NCBI GenBank assembly: GCA_965208735.1
Contig: CBDBPM010000002.1
Coordinates: 3,699,687-3,763,686, forward strand
Source: Candidatus Poribacteria bacterium
GTDB taxonomy: Bacteria; Poribacteria; WGA-4E; WGA-3G
DNA: 64,000 nt
Direction of reading: 5' to 3'
Each line of letters starts with the position of its first letter. Position 1 is the stretch's first letter. Shown in pieces: positions 28,697 through 37,692 of the stretch. The notes under the pieces were generated by a model, which was not told the origin of the DNA, made no database searches, and worked only from the letters and a program-made list of their open reading frames with translations. The position numbers and the translations under genes were made by a program.

Positions 28697-29174
28697 TCTC
28701 CATTTTTCGATCGAATCTTCACCACCAGAGCCGGTAGGTGCGGTTTTGCGGCGTACTCATAGGGGTCAATTTAAGAAAAAATAACCGTCGTTGCCACCAG
28801 AAACGGTAGGCACCATTTGAAACTACACTGGATTTTACGCAGAAACCTTGGATACTTCTAAACTGCTCTTTAGTCCCGTAGGGACGGTATCTATGTAGTA
28901 CGTGTATGAACCTAAACCCTCAGCCCCGTAGGGGCGGCATCTGTATAATAGCGAAGGTTCTATAGATGTCACCCCTACGGGGTTCAAGACTTCTGGCAAT
29001 ATGTGTCTACAGAGATATCGTCCCTACGGGACTAAAAAACATGTCTGTTTCTCTTAAATTGACACCTATGGTGCGGTTTCGCGGCGTACTCGCCCAAATG
29101 CGACCTGCATTCCAACCGCACCGGCTCCTTTAAAAAAAGACGTGAAATCCAATATTTTCTTAAAATTGAATGCT
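28697..29174. repeat. Mosaic palindromic repeat element (MITE/REP-like) with four periodic GTA/TAC-loop hairpins
   Basis: The left arm is shared with 19265- and 46767-. The centre has hairpins A 28871-28886 AGTCCCGTAGGGACGG, B 28921-28936 AGCCCCGTAGGGGCGG, B' 28969-28984 and A' 29018-29032 (the reverse complement of A), spaced about 50 bp apart. The right arm 29118-29174 is near-identical to 19530-19584. Confidence 0.7.
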
Positions 29175-29197
29175 TCTGGTTGACTACCTCTATAGCA

Positions 29198-29226
29198 TTG
29201 ACTTTTCAATTTTTCGTTGTTATACT
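29198..29226 (+). promoter_or_regulatory. Candidate sigma70 promoter for the 29250 gene
   Basis: TTGACT (29198-29203), 17 nt spacer, TATACT (29221-29226), 24 nt upstream of the ATG. Confidence 0.5.
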
Positions 29227-29249
29227 GACGCAAAGGCAGGTACAAACCG

Positions 29250-29858
29250 ATGCTCCAAAAGATTTTATTTTCTCTGCTACTATCCCTATCTGTCGGTATA
29301 TTGTGTTTGGGTACGCCGATTTCTGCACACGACGCTTTCTATCCACACCATCGCGAAGATTTTGAGAACATGGCGCGCCGTCGCGAATTACGGACAACTG
29401 TCCTTCTTAGCACGGCTGCTTTTCTCTGTGTGCTTGGAGTAGTCGTCTACGTTGCCTTGCGAAGAAGCACAGATGATAATGATGTTGACGAAGTTGATGC
29501 GAAAACGGTTCAGGAGAGCTTGACGGATGCCGCAAATCGAGCCGCGCGTGCTGCGCGACAGGTACTTGACACCACAGGAGACATCACAGAAGCTGCCACA
29601 GCATGCTTCACAACCTATGCTGAGGCATTTGGTATGACATGGCGACGACCTTCTTATGAACAGCCTCGTCCTGAATTAGTGCCTTACCAGATGCGAGGCA
29701 AAATTGGGGCGGATGTCGTTACCCTCAGCATTGATACGCAAGTCGTTCAATTGAAGGTAGAACACGTGCCTTCTAAAATAGGTTTGAGTTCGCAGGGATC
29801 ATCGAAAAGTGTGAATGCAACTGTTGTACTGGAAAGATCTGATAAAGGAGAAGAATAG
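29250..29858 (+). CDS. Hypothetical exported/membrane-anchored protein
   Basis: Signal peptide (LLLSLSVGILCLGTPISA) and a second TM segment. No family recognised. Confidence 0.5.
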   Translation: MLQKILFSLLLSLSVGILCLGTPISAHDAFYPHHREDFENMARRRELRTTVLLSTAAFLCVLGVVVYVALRRSTDDNDVDEVDAKTVQESLTDAANRAARAARQVLDTTGDITEAATACFTTYAEAFGMTWRRPSYEQPRPELVPYQMRGKIGADVVTLSIDTQVVQLKVEHVPSKIGLSSQGSSKSVNATVVLERSDKGEE

Positions 29859-29876
29859 AGGATTGCTGGTTACTTC

Positions 29877-29932
29877 GTAGGAGCGAGCTGTGCTCGCGAT
29901 CTTTGTAGGAGCGAGCTATGCTCGCGATCTTT
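29877..29932. terminator. Two tandem 28 bp hairpin units between convergent genes (candidate bidirectional terminators)
   Basis: GTAGGAGCGAGCTGTGCTCGCGATCTTT repeated twice (29877-29904 and 29905-29932, one mismatch). Each unit is a GCGAGC/GCTCGC stem followed by TCTTT. Confidence 0.45.
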
Positions 29933-29997
29933 CGGAAAAAACGTTAACGCCTGTAAACGAAAATCAAAATCAAAGCCGAAAACTGAATAGCCTTGGG

Positions 29998-30753
29998 TTA
30001 CTTCGTGAGTCGGTTGATGAGTGAGGCACTATAGCCTGCACCGAAACCGTTATCAATGTTAACAACGGTAACACCGGACGCACAACTATTTAGCATGCCT
30101 AACAAGGCAGCGAGTCCACCGAAACTTGCACCGTAACCGATACTGGTGGGTACAGCAATGACGGGACAATCCACCAACCCACCGACAACACTCGGAAGCG
30201 CGCCTTCCATCCCTGCAATGACGATGATAACGCGAGCCGTCAGAAGTTTTTCGTGATTGCTGATGAGGCGGTGTAACCCTGCCACGCCGACATCATAAAG
30301 TCGTTCCGGTGCATTTCCCATCATCAGTGCCGTTTCAGCGGCTTCTTCTGCAACCGGTAGGTCGGATGTGCCAGCAGAAACAACGAGAATCCCTGGTGTA
30401 CCTTCTTCTTCAGATTCGGAGACGGTAATTGTGCGTCCAAGGACGTTATAGCGTGCCGCAGGTTGGATTGCTTTTACGGCTTCGTACATGTCAGGGGTCG
30501 CGCGAGTCGCAAGGAGGGGGTGCCCAGCAGCGAGGATGCGTTCACTGATCTGCTTGACATGTTCAACTGTCTTCCCTTGACAGAAAATGACTTCCGGGAA
30601 CCCTGTACGAAGCTGACGATGGTGATCAATTTTTGAGAACCCTAAATCTTCAAACGGAAGCGTGCGGAGAGATTGCAGCGCGTCATCCACTGCAATCTCT
30701 CCACCTTTAACCTCTTCAAGCAGGGTTCTTAACTTTTCAATTTTCATTGACAT
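29998..30753 (-). CDS. larB: PurE-like LarB-family protein (nickel-pincer cofactor biosynthesis type)
   Basis: N-terminal [27 protein letters not shown] plus a C-terminal PurE-like [18 protein letters not shown]...[27 protein letters not shown] segment. Confidence 0.55.
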   Translation of the reverse strand: MSMKIEKLRTLLEEVKGGEIAVDDALQSLRTLPFEDLGFSKIDHHRQLRTGFPEVIFCQGKTVEHVKQISERILAAGHPLLATRATPDMYEAVKAIQPAARYNVLGRTITVSESEEEGTPGILVVSAGTSDLPVAEEAAETALMMGNAPERLYDVGVAGLHRLISNHEKLLTARVIIVIAGMEGALPSVVGGLVDCPVIAVPTSIGYGASFGGLAALLGMLNSCASGVTVVNIDNGFGAGYSASLINRLTK

Positions 30754-30939
30754 CCTCCCACAGATAAATCAGTGGGATTCCTCCATTCCTGCTTCAACGT
30801 CCACAGCCTCCAAAGTGAGGTCTTACACGAACTCCACAGGCGTTTAGACTCTCCGCCTGCCCGACGGCGAGTAAGTTGGTGGCAGGAGAGGTGGAACTGG
30901 TCCCACCACAGTTAAAGTTAGCATCCAGAAAAGAGACCC

Positions 30940-31350
30940 TTAGGCTTTCTCTGTAGTCTCTTCGTCGGTTCCGCCATTGCCACCAACGCCCGGAATGGAC
31001 TCGGCGATTTTAGCGCGAACATCCGCAGAAACTTTACGACCTGTTTCCACGGCACCCTTCACCTGTGCTCCTGCTTCTTGGAGACGTTCTTTTGAGGTAT
31101 CTACGATGCCATGAACGCTCTCTTTGCCCTGTTCCACGATGGTCTGAGCACCTTGTCGCGCGCTATCGGCGGCTTGATGCGCGAGTTCAACTGTCCGGTT
31201 TTTCGCATCAATTGAGGTGTCGCGAATTTTCTGTCGGGTCTCCTTGCCCGAACTCGGGGCATACAGCAGACTGACGACTGCACCTGCCATAAACCCGGTG
31301 AAAAAAGCGAAAACCATTGTTAGCCCGTTGTTCTGTCCGTTATTACTCAT
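30940..31350 (-). CDS. YtxH-like membrane-anchored stress protein
   Basis: N-terminal TM helix, then an apolipoprotein-like coiled-coil rich in A/Q/K/E, typical of YtxH family proteins. Confidence 0.55.
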   Translation of the reverse strand: MSNNGQNNGLTMVFAFFTGFMAGAVVSLLYAPSSGKETRQKIRDTSIDAKNRTVELAHQAADSARQGAQTIVEQGKESVHGIVDTSKERLQEAGAQVKGAVETGRKVSADVRAKIAESIPGVGGNGGTDEETTEKA

Positions 31351-31584
31351 TTTTTTATCCTTTCTACTCGGTTAAATCTATTTAGATGTCGCTTACAAGC
31401 CAAAACTTATAATTAAAAAGAATGGTGCCACTTGCAAGCCAAAACTTAGTGTTAAAGTTTACGAAAATCAGCGTTAAAAGTTTCAATTCTTGTGTTTATC
31501 TCTTGGTGTAATTTAAAATGCGTTCCATTGTAATTAAACGTTTAAGGCTTCACAAAGTTGACATTCAGAGTTTGCTCAATTCGC

Positions 31585-32142
31585 TTAGTCGTTAGTCGCT
31601 TCGGATATTGGTGTATCTTCTTCTGGCGCAGATGGCTGTGTGATAGTGAAACTGTCCCATCCAGCTTTGATGCCTTGCCACAAACTTACGATATCTGCAA
31701 GTGAGACTGCTATCTGGTTACGGAAAAACGTCGCTTGCTCAATTGTCTGTCCGGAAAAACCACTCACTTTCTGAACCAATTCTTCAAGTTGTTGAATACT
31801 TTGATTCAGAGCACCACTCATTTCTTGGATATTATGCACAGTCGGTTGAATTTCCGATTCGCTGATCCCTTGTAAGGACGCTGTCAACCCGTTTAGATTT
31901 TGTAGTAGTTCGGGGAGTTCCGCATTTACCGCTTTCACCGTCTTATCCACATCAGTAATCAATTCCCCGATTTCCTGGTTGATCATGTTTTCTGCTGAGT
32001 TCAAAGTGTTTCGGATGCTATTTAGCGAATTGCGAAAACTACCAACTGCCGCGCAGAGATACCCTACAAGTGCCGTAAGCGCAAGTAATAAAACGCCAAG
32101 GCTAAATTTCCAAAAAATAGAACCAATAAAATTCCAATCCAT
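31585..32142 (-). CDS. DUF948-like membrane-anchored coiled-coil protein
   Basis: N-terminal TM segment and a long helical region. Commonly paired with YtxH-like genes. Confidence 0.5.
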   Translation of the reverse strand: MDWNFIGSIFWKFSLGVLLLALTALVGYLCAAVGSFRNSLNSIRNTLNSAENMINQEIGELITDVDKTVKAVNAELPELLQNLNGLTASLQGISESEIQPTVHNIQEMSGALNQSIQQLEELVQKVSGFSGQTIEQATFFRNQIAVSLADIVSLWQGIKAGWDSFTITQPSAPEEDTPISEATND

Positions 32143-32234
32143 AATTCTTCCTTTACATGATCACTGTAGAACACTACCCTATGATAGATGAATTTTCAGA
32201 CGTATTTACTATAAAAGATACGTGTCCTACAAAC

Positions 32235-34892
32235 TTAAATTTGAAGCTGTTTTTTCACAATTTCACCCGCTGCGTCAATTGCGGCGTTCACTTTACTCGG
32301 ATCTTTGCCGCCACCTTGTGCGAGTTCAGGACGGCCACCGCCGCGACCATCTGCTAACTGTGTTAATTCAGAGATAATTTTGCCTGCTTGCAAACCACGA
32401 TTTTTCACCAAGTCTGAGGTTACACCAACCACAAAAGCGACCTCATTTCCAGTCACAGCGGCAAGCGCAACAACACCGGATTCTAAGCGGTTTTTCAGTT
32501 CATCAACGAGCCGACGCAAACCGTCTCTATCTGTGTCTGCAACACACGAAGCGACAACCCTAACATCTTCTACAAGTGTCGCGTCTTTAACCAAAGCATC
32601 AACGTTACCAAGCGCGTGCTGGCTTTTGAGTTGCTGAAGCTGCTGTTCCAACTCCCGTTGTTCTTGCAATAGCCGTTCGATCCGTTCGAGCAAATCCGTT
32701 TTCGGTGCTTTTAACAGACCCGCCGCGTTAGAAAGCAGCGCAGTTTCTTCTTGAATATTAACCGCCGCTGCACTACCCGTCAGTGCCTCAACGCGTCGGA
32801 CACCTGCGGCGATGCTGCTCTCACTCATAAGTTTCACGAAACCGAGTTCGCCAGTTGCACCGACATGCGTGCCACCACAGAGTTCAACGCTATAGTCTCC
32901 AGCTTGCACGACGCGGACGATGTCTCCATACTTATCCCCGAAGAAGGCTAACGCGCCTTTCGCTTTCGCAGCGTCCAGTGGCAGTTCATTGATAGAAAGC
33001 GGGTCATTTCCACGGATTTTTTCGTTGACGAATGCCTCAATGTCACGTAACTGCTCCGCTGAAACAGATTCGTAGTGTGAAAAGTCAAACCGGAGTCTAC
33101 CGGCTTCAACGAGTGAACCTGCTTGCCCGACATGTGTGCCGAGTATCTGCCGTAATCCACTGTGTAGAAGATGCGTTGCGGTATGGCTCACTGCAACAGC
33201 ACTTCGGTGTTCGGTATCAATCTTTGCGTGCACAGCAGTATAGGGTGTAATTTCACCCGCAAGTACCTTGCATTTATGGACAACCAGATCAGCGGAAGGT
33301 CTGAGTGTGCCTTGTACAGCCAATTTTGCGTTTTGGCTCTCAATTGTGCCGACATCGCCGACTTGCCCGCCAGACTCGCCGTAGAAAGGCGTGCGATTTA
33401 ACAGCACGAACACCTCGTTGCCCTCTTGCGCACTACCTATTGATTCTGCGTTGGCAATTAAAGCGACGATCTCTGCGTCAATGTGGTCTTGCGTGTAGCC
33501 GACAAATTTCGTTTCACCGTGCTCTTTGAGGACTTCTGCATAAACGGAAATCTCTTCGTCTTTCGCACCGCCTTTCGCTTCCCATGCGGCACGTCCACGC
33601 GACCGTTGCGCTTCCATACTCTCTTCAAATCCAGCATCGTCAACAGTGAACCCACGCTCCCGAGCGAGCATCTCTGTCAAATCGAGTGGGAAACCAAACG
33701 TATCGTATAACTCAAAGGCGCGCTGTCCATCAAGTTGTGTGCTATCTTTTTCTCTGAGTGTATCAAAGGACTGGTCAAGGAGTTCCAAGCCGCGTTCAAT
33801 CGTCTGATGAAAGCGGTTTTCTTCACCCTGAATCGTTCGGGTAATAAATTCACGGCGCGGTAGAACGTCGGGGAATACATCACCGAGCAATCCAACGACG
33901 TTATCAACGAGTCGGTAGATAAAGGCTCTGTTCATCTCTAATTTTTTGCCGTAAAGTACGGCACGTCGTAGAATCCGACGGATAACATAACCGCGTCCCT
34001 CGTTAGACGGCATCACACCGTCACCGATCGCGAACGTCAAGCACCGGATATGATCAGCGATGACCCGATGCGGTAAGCCGCGTTCATCATCAAAATAGGC
34101 GGTGTCTGTCATATCAGCAATGGTTGACAAGAGCGGTGTAAAGAGATCTGTCTTGTAGTTTGAATCGACACCTTGCAATATAGAGGTAATCCGCTCAAAA
34201 CCCATGCCTGTATCTACATGCGTCGCAGGCAGCGGCTCAAGCGTGCCATTTTCGCTCCGATTGTATTGGATGAACACCAGATTCCAGAATTCTCGGAACC
34301 GATCGCTGATGTTAGGACCGGTGTCTGGATCATTTGCGGTTTCGGGGTAGGCTTCAACACCCATATCAACGAAGAGTTCGCTACACGGACCACAAGGACC
34401 CGTCTCTCCCATTTCCCAGAAGTTATCCTTATCGCAGCGACGGATACGCGAGAGCGGTAGATCTGTCTCTTGGAGCCAGATTTTTTCTGCTTCGTCATCT
34501 TCGAGATATACCGTTGCCCAGAGACGTTCCTGCGGAATCTGCCAGAGTTCAGTTACCAATTCCCACGCAAAGGCGATCGCTTCCTGTTTGTAATAATCGC
34601 CAAATGACCAGTTTCCTAACATCTCGAAGAAGGTATGGTGGCTTGGCGAATAACCGACCTCCTCAAGATCGTTATGTTTACCGCTGACGCGTAGACATTT
34701 TTGCGTATCAACAGCACGCGTGTACTCCCGCTGCCCGATACCGAGAAACACATCTTTGAATTGGTTCATACCGGCGTTGGTAAACAATAACGTCGGGTCA
34801 TCTGCGGGTATCAAGGATGCACTCGGGACGATCGCGTGTCCGTGTTTGTGGAAGTATTCTAAGAAACTGGCTCTGATTTCATCTGATGTCAT
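32235..34892 (-). CDS. alaS: Alanine--tRNA ligase
   Basis: Class II aaRS motifs (FTNAGM, WSFGDYYK), editing domain HTATHLLH...CGGTH, C-terminal DHHA1 (GGGRP..AQGGG). 885 aa. Confidence 0.95.
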   Translation of the reverse strand: MTSDEIRASFLEYFHKHGHAIVPSASLIPADDPTLLFTNAGMNQFKDVFLGIGQREYTRAVDTQKCLRVSGKHNDLEEVGYSPSHHTFFEMLGNWSFGDYYKQEAIAFAWELVTELWQIPQERLWATVYLEDDEAEKIWLQETDLPLSRIRRCDKDNFWEMGETGPCGPCSELFVDMGVEAYPETANDPDTGPNISDRFREFWNLVFIQYNRSENGTLEPLPATHVDTGMGFERITSILQGVDSNYKTDLFTPLLSTIADMTDTAYFDDERGLPHRVIADHIRCLTFAIGDGVMPSNEGRGYVIRRILRRAVLYGKKLEMNRAFIYRLVDNVVGLLGDVFPDVLPRREFITRTIQGEENRFHQTIERGLELLDQSFDTLREKDSTQLDGQRAFELYDTFGFPLDLTEMLARERGFTVDDAGFEESMEAQRSRGRAAWEAKGGAKDEEISVYAEVLKEHGETKFVGYTQDHIDAEIVALIANAESIGSAQEGNEVFVLLNRTPFYGESGGQVGDVGTIESQNAKLAVQGTLRPSADLVVHKCKVLAGEITPYTAVHAKIDTEHRSAVAVSHTATHLLHSGLRQILGTHVGQAGSLVEAGRLRFDFSHYESVSAEQLRDIEAFVNEKIRGNDPLSINELPLDAAKAKGALAFFGDKYGDIVRVVQAGDYSVELCGGTHVGATGELGFVKLMSESSIAAGVRRVEALTGSAAAVNIQEETALLSNAAGLLKAPKTDLLERIERLLQEQRELEQQLQQLKSQHALGNVDALVKDATLVEDVRVVASCVADTDRDGLRRLVDELKNRLESGVVALAAVTGNEVAFVVGVTSDLVKNRGLQAGKIISELTQLADGRGGGRPELAQGGGKDPSKVNAAIDAAGEIVKKQLQI

Positions 34893-35008
34893 TATGTAGA
34901 TAGACTCCTATGATTCCTATTCCAATTATAATCAATTCTTGTAGAGAAGTCAAGGCAAAACGGATATAAAGATGCGGTTGGATTGTTTGTATAGAATGCC
35001 TTCACACG

Positions 35009-35689
35009 TTAAAAAATTTGTTCCAAGACCTGCCGAACAATGTCAGATCCGAACCCGCGCCGCGCCAAGAATCCGTGGAGTCGTCGTTTAGCAACGTGGG
35101 TTGGCAGTCGTTTATACTGTTTCGCTCGTTTTTGTGCAATTTCAAGCGCGACTTTTGTTTCGTCCTCGGTTTCTACCGTCGCTATAACTTGTTCAGCGGT
35201 CTCTCTGTCGATCCCTTTGTCAACCAGTTCACGCTTAAGCAGCGTTTTTCCTCTCGGATTTGATTTTTGTCTACGGACTATCCAATTCTCTGCGTACTTC
35301 CGGTCGCGAATATGTCCTGAACGAATCAATTCCACAATAGATGTTTCAATTGCGTCTGATGAAAAACCTTCTCGTTGAAGTTGCCGTTCTATTTCACTCT
35401 TAGTATATGTTTTCCGTTTTAGTGTGAGGCGGGAATCTTCTGACGCGTCCGTTCTGGTGTTCTCTTTCTCTTCACGGAGCAGCCTTAACGCATAGTTCTT
35501 CGCGCGCATGACTTCATCCGCTGCAATTATCTTTTCGATGACTTCGGCTTCAATCTCTAAGCCGATACGCAGCCCAAATTTTTCGACCAGGGATGCGTGA
35601 ATCACAACAAACGGCGCACTATCAAGGAAAAGTTGTTGATGTGAGGGCAATTCAGGGGATGCCTGAATATCAGTGATTTTCTGTTTCAT
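35009..35689 (-). CDS. recX: Regulatory protein RecX
   Basis: Three-fold helical repeat pattern with ALRLL.REEK..RT and LKRELVDKGIDRE segments. In the conserved position upstream of alaS. Confidence 0.65.
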   Translation of the reverse strand: MKQKITDIQASPELPSHQQLFLDSAPFVVIHASLVEKFGLRIGLEIEAEVIEKIIAADEVMRAKNYALRLLREEKENTRTDASEDSRLTLKRKTYTKSEIERQLQREGFSSDAIETSIVELIRSGHIRDRKYAENWIVRRQKSNPRGKTLLKRELVDKGIDRETAEQVIATVETEDETKVALEIAQKRAKQYKRLPTHVAKRRLHGFLARRGFGSDIVRQVLEQIF

Positions 35690-35845
35690 AGTGGCTCTCG
35701 GCTTTCGGAGACCATCAGCAGTCAGAAACCTAAATCAACGCTGAATGCATATATGGCGTTCAGCGGGTAGGGTTGTGGCAGTTACCATTTCTGCTACTGC
35801 CACAGCTCCCTCTTTGCCGAAAGCCGACTGCTGATGGCTATTCGT

Positions 35846-36478
35846 CTATTCGCCGCCGTTACTGCCTGCCCAGAGGGCACCGCGTTGCAGGAGTGTTCCA
35901 AACATCTCGTGCTGGCACGCCGAGGCATCATGACCGAGCGCGAGGTAGAAAACTTTGCCTTCGCCCCAGTTCTTCGTCCATGCCACTGGTGCCGCGGCAC
36001 CTTTCCACAAGGCTGATGCAAGCACATGGTTCCGAGGATCGTAATCGAGGATGTACTGCTCATCCGTCACGACGAATTCGTCAAGGCCTTCGGTGATTTC
36101 ATGCTCGCCATCAACGATGCTGACTTGGTAGTCGCGGTAACGCGGATGTGTAACAAAATAACCACCGACCATTGAACGGTATTCTGGACAGCCGCGGAAC
36201 GAATCTGCCGCTGAATGGACACCGACATACCCCTTACCTGAAGCGACATGGTTGAGCAAACCGTTCTTTTGCGCGTCCGAAATCTCGCCGACTGTGTAAT
36301 AGAAAACGATAAGATCGTACGGGTCCAAATTCGGTGAAACAAGCGCGTCAAGGTCTTCCTCGACTCTCGTGATCTCAAATTCATCTCGCTGTGAAAGCAC
36401 GTTCACGATTGCGTCGCTACAGCCTTTCCAATCATGAATCGCGCCACCCGCGAAAACAAGTGTGTTAATTTTTCCCAT
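35846..36478 (-). CDS. ThuA-like (type 1 glutamine amidotransferase-like) protein
   Basis: Matches the ThuA family pattern: LVFAGG..HDW, GYVGVHSAADSF, YFVTHPRYRDYQV, ALGHD. Confidence 0.6.
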   Translation of the reverse strand: MGKINTLVFAGGAIHDWKGCSDAIVNVLSQRDEFEITRVEEDLDALVSPNLDPYDLIVFYYTVGEISDAQKNGLLNHVASGKGYVGVHSAADSFRGCPEYRSMVGGYFVTHPRYRDYQVSIVDGEHEITEGLDEFVVTDEQYILDYDPRNHVLASALWKGAAAPVAWTKNWGEGKVFYLALGHDASACQHEMFGTLLQRGALWAGSNGGE

Positions 36479-36637
36479 TAGTTTAGTTAGCCTCCTTGCT
36501 ATATGATATTGCTATTATATCACACGTGCAAAAATACACACAAACTTTTTTTAGTGCCTTAACGCTTCTTATAGGAGCGACTTCCCGGTCGCGCCCTCAC
36601 TGACTGCTGATGGTTGAAGGCTAACCGCCACTCTGAT

Positions 36638-36666
36638 TTGCATCACGAGATGTCTTGTGATATAAT
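36638..36666 (+). promoter_or_regulatory. Near-consensus sigma70 promoter with extended -10
   Basis: TTGCAT (36638-36643), 17 nt spacer, TGaTATAAT (36658-36666). It is followed by the AGGACTTACGCA repeat and the CCCCCTGATAAGGGGG hairpin. The nearest downstream ORF (coaD) is about 370 nt away. Confidence 0.5.
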
Positions 36667-37032
36667 GAAAGGAGTTAGGACTTACGCATTTTCTCTTAAA
36701 GTCCCCCTGATAAGGGGGATTTAGGAGGTTAAATACAACAAAATATACCCGTTCTCTGTTCAATTTGCGTAAGCCCTAGGAGTATTAGAAACATCTGCTG
36801 CCTCGGTATATCTGCTGCCAAAAGGGAATTAGAATGGAACTCAAAAGCGTTTTGTCTTGATCGGTTATTGTAGTCGGTGTTCTCATCGGTATATTCGTTA
36901 TACTTTCATTACGCCGGTGGAACATTGATTACCCACGACCAACGCCGCGGACAGTTGAAATCCCAAACGCAATTCGACAGAGATTCGCAGAGCCGTCCGA
37001 AAAGCCTTAGTTTCATCAGAAAGGAAACCGTA

Positions 37033-37545
37033 ATGCCAAAAAAAATTGCCATCTTCCCAGCGAGTTTCGATCCCGTCACAAACGGACATGCCGACCTTAT
37101 TGACCGGATTTGCAATCTCGGTGTCTTTGATGAACTCGTCGTTGCTATCGGTGTGAACCCCGCCAAACCCGCACGTTTCACGCTTGAGGAACGCACCGAG
37201 ATGCTTGAAACCGTCATTCAACCCTATCCGCAAGCCACGATTGATGGGTATACCGGGTTGACAGTACATTACGCACAGACACGCGGCGCGTGTGCTATTA
37301 TCCGCGGACTACGCGAAATCTCAGATTTTGAATGGGAATTCAAGATGGCACGGATGAATCAGCAGATTGCACCAGACATTGATACCCTCTTTATGATGGC
37401 GAACACGCAGTACGCACATATCAGTTCAACGCTCGTGATGGAGGTCGTCCAGATGGCACAGCGGAAGGTCAGCGAGGAGAAGTTAAGGGAAATGGTCCCA
37501 GAAATCGTCGTCGAATTTATTAAACGAAAATTTGATGTGCTGTAA
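37033..37545 (+). CDS. coaD: Phosphopantetheine adenylyltransferase
   Basis: IAIFPASFDPVTNGHADLIDR (the PPAT H/T-x-G-H motif) and ISSTLVME. Start set at the ATG after AAAGGAAACC. The long upstream extension in the ORF track is rejected. Confidence 0.9.
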   Translation: MPKKIAIFPASFDPVTNGHADLIDRICNLGVFDELVVAIGVNPAKPARFTLEERTEMLETVIQPYPQATIDGYTGLTVHYAQTRGACAIIRGLREISDFEWEFKMARMNQQIAPDIDTLFMMANTQYAHISSTLVMEVVQMAQRKVSEEKLREMVPEIVVEFIKRKFDVL

Positions 37546-37555
37546 ATAGTTGTTA

Positions 37556-37692
37556 ATTGTCGGTTTTCAGTTATCAGTTAAGGATTCCGCTTTCGGAACT
37601 ATCCCTCCAAACTTAGAGCACCTTAGAAGGCAGTAAATTGTTACATGAAACCTCTTAACCGATAACTGACGACTGATAACTGACAACTGTTA
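37556..37692. repeat. Long imperfect inverted repeat built from CAGTTATCAGT-type units between convergent coaD and the TonB receptor gene
   Basis: The left arm TTGTCGGTTTTCAGTTATCAGTTAAGG (37556-37584) pairs with the right arm CTTAACCGATAACTGACGACTGATAACTGACAACTG (37638-37675). A related copy, CAGTTGTCAGTTATCAGTTTTCAGTTGCC, lies at 391-420. Confidence 0.5.

Noticed and set aside
28871-29032. Possible CRISPR array, suggested by periodic about 16 bp repeats with about 34 bp spacers
   Set aside because: The repeats are only 16 bp. They occur as two direct and two inverted copies (A, B, B', A') rather than a uniform direct array. There are only four units. No cas genes are nearby. Every unit is a GTA/TAC-loop hairpin, which is more consistent with a structured MITE/REP-like element.
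28871-29032. Integron attC-like site, suggested by the nested inverted repeats R''-L''...L'-R'
   Set aside because: The core sequences do not match the attC R' (GTTRRRY) and R'' (RYYYAAC) consensus. No intI gene or cassette organisation is present. The flanking arms belong to a dispersed repeat family.
36877-37032. Long N-terminal extension of coaD implied by the ORF track start at 36877
   Set aside because: The extension has no PPAT similarity and overlaps the repeat and promoter region. The conserved PPAT N-terminus (MPKKIAIFPASFDPVTNGH) starts at the ATG 37033, which has a good RBS.
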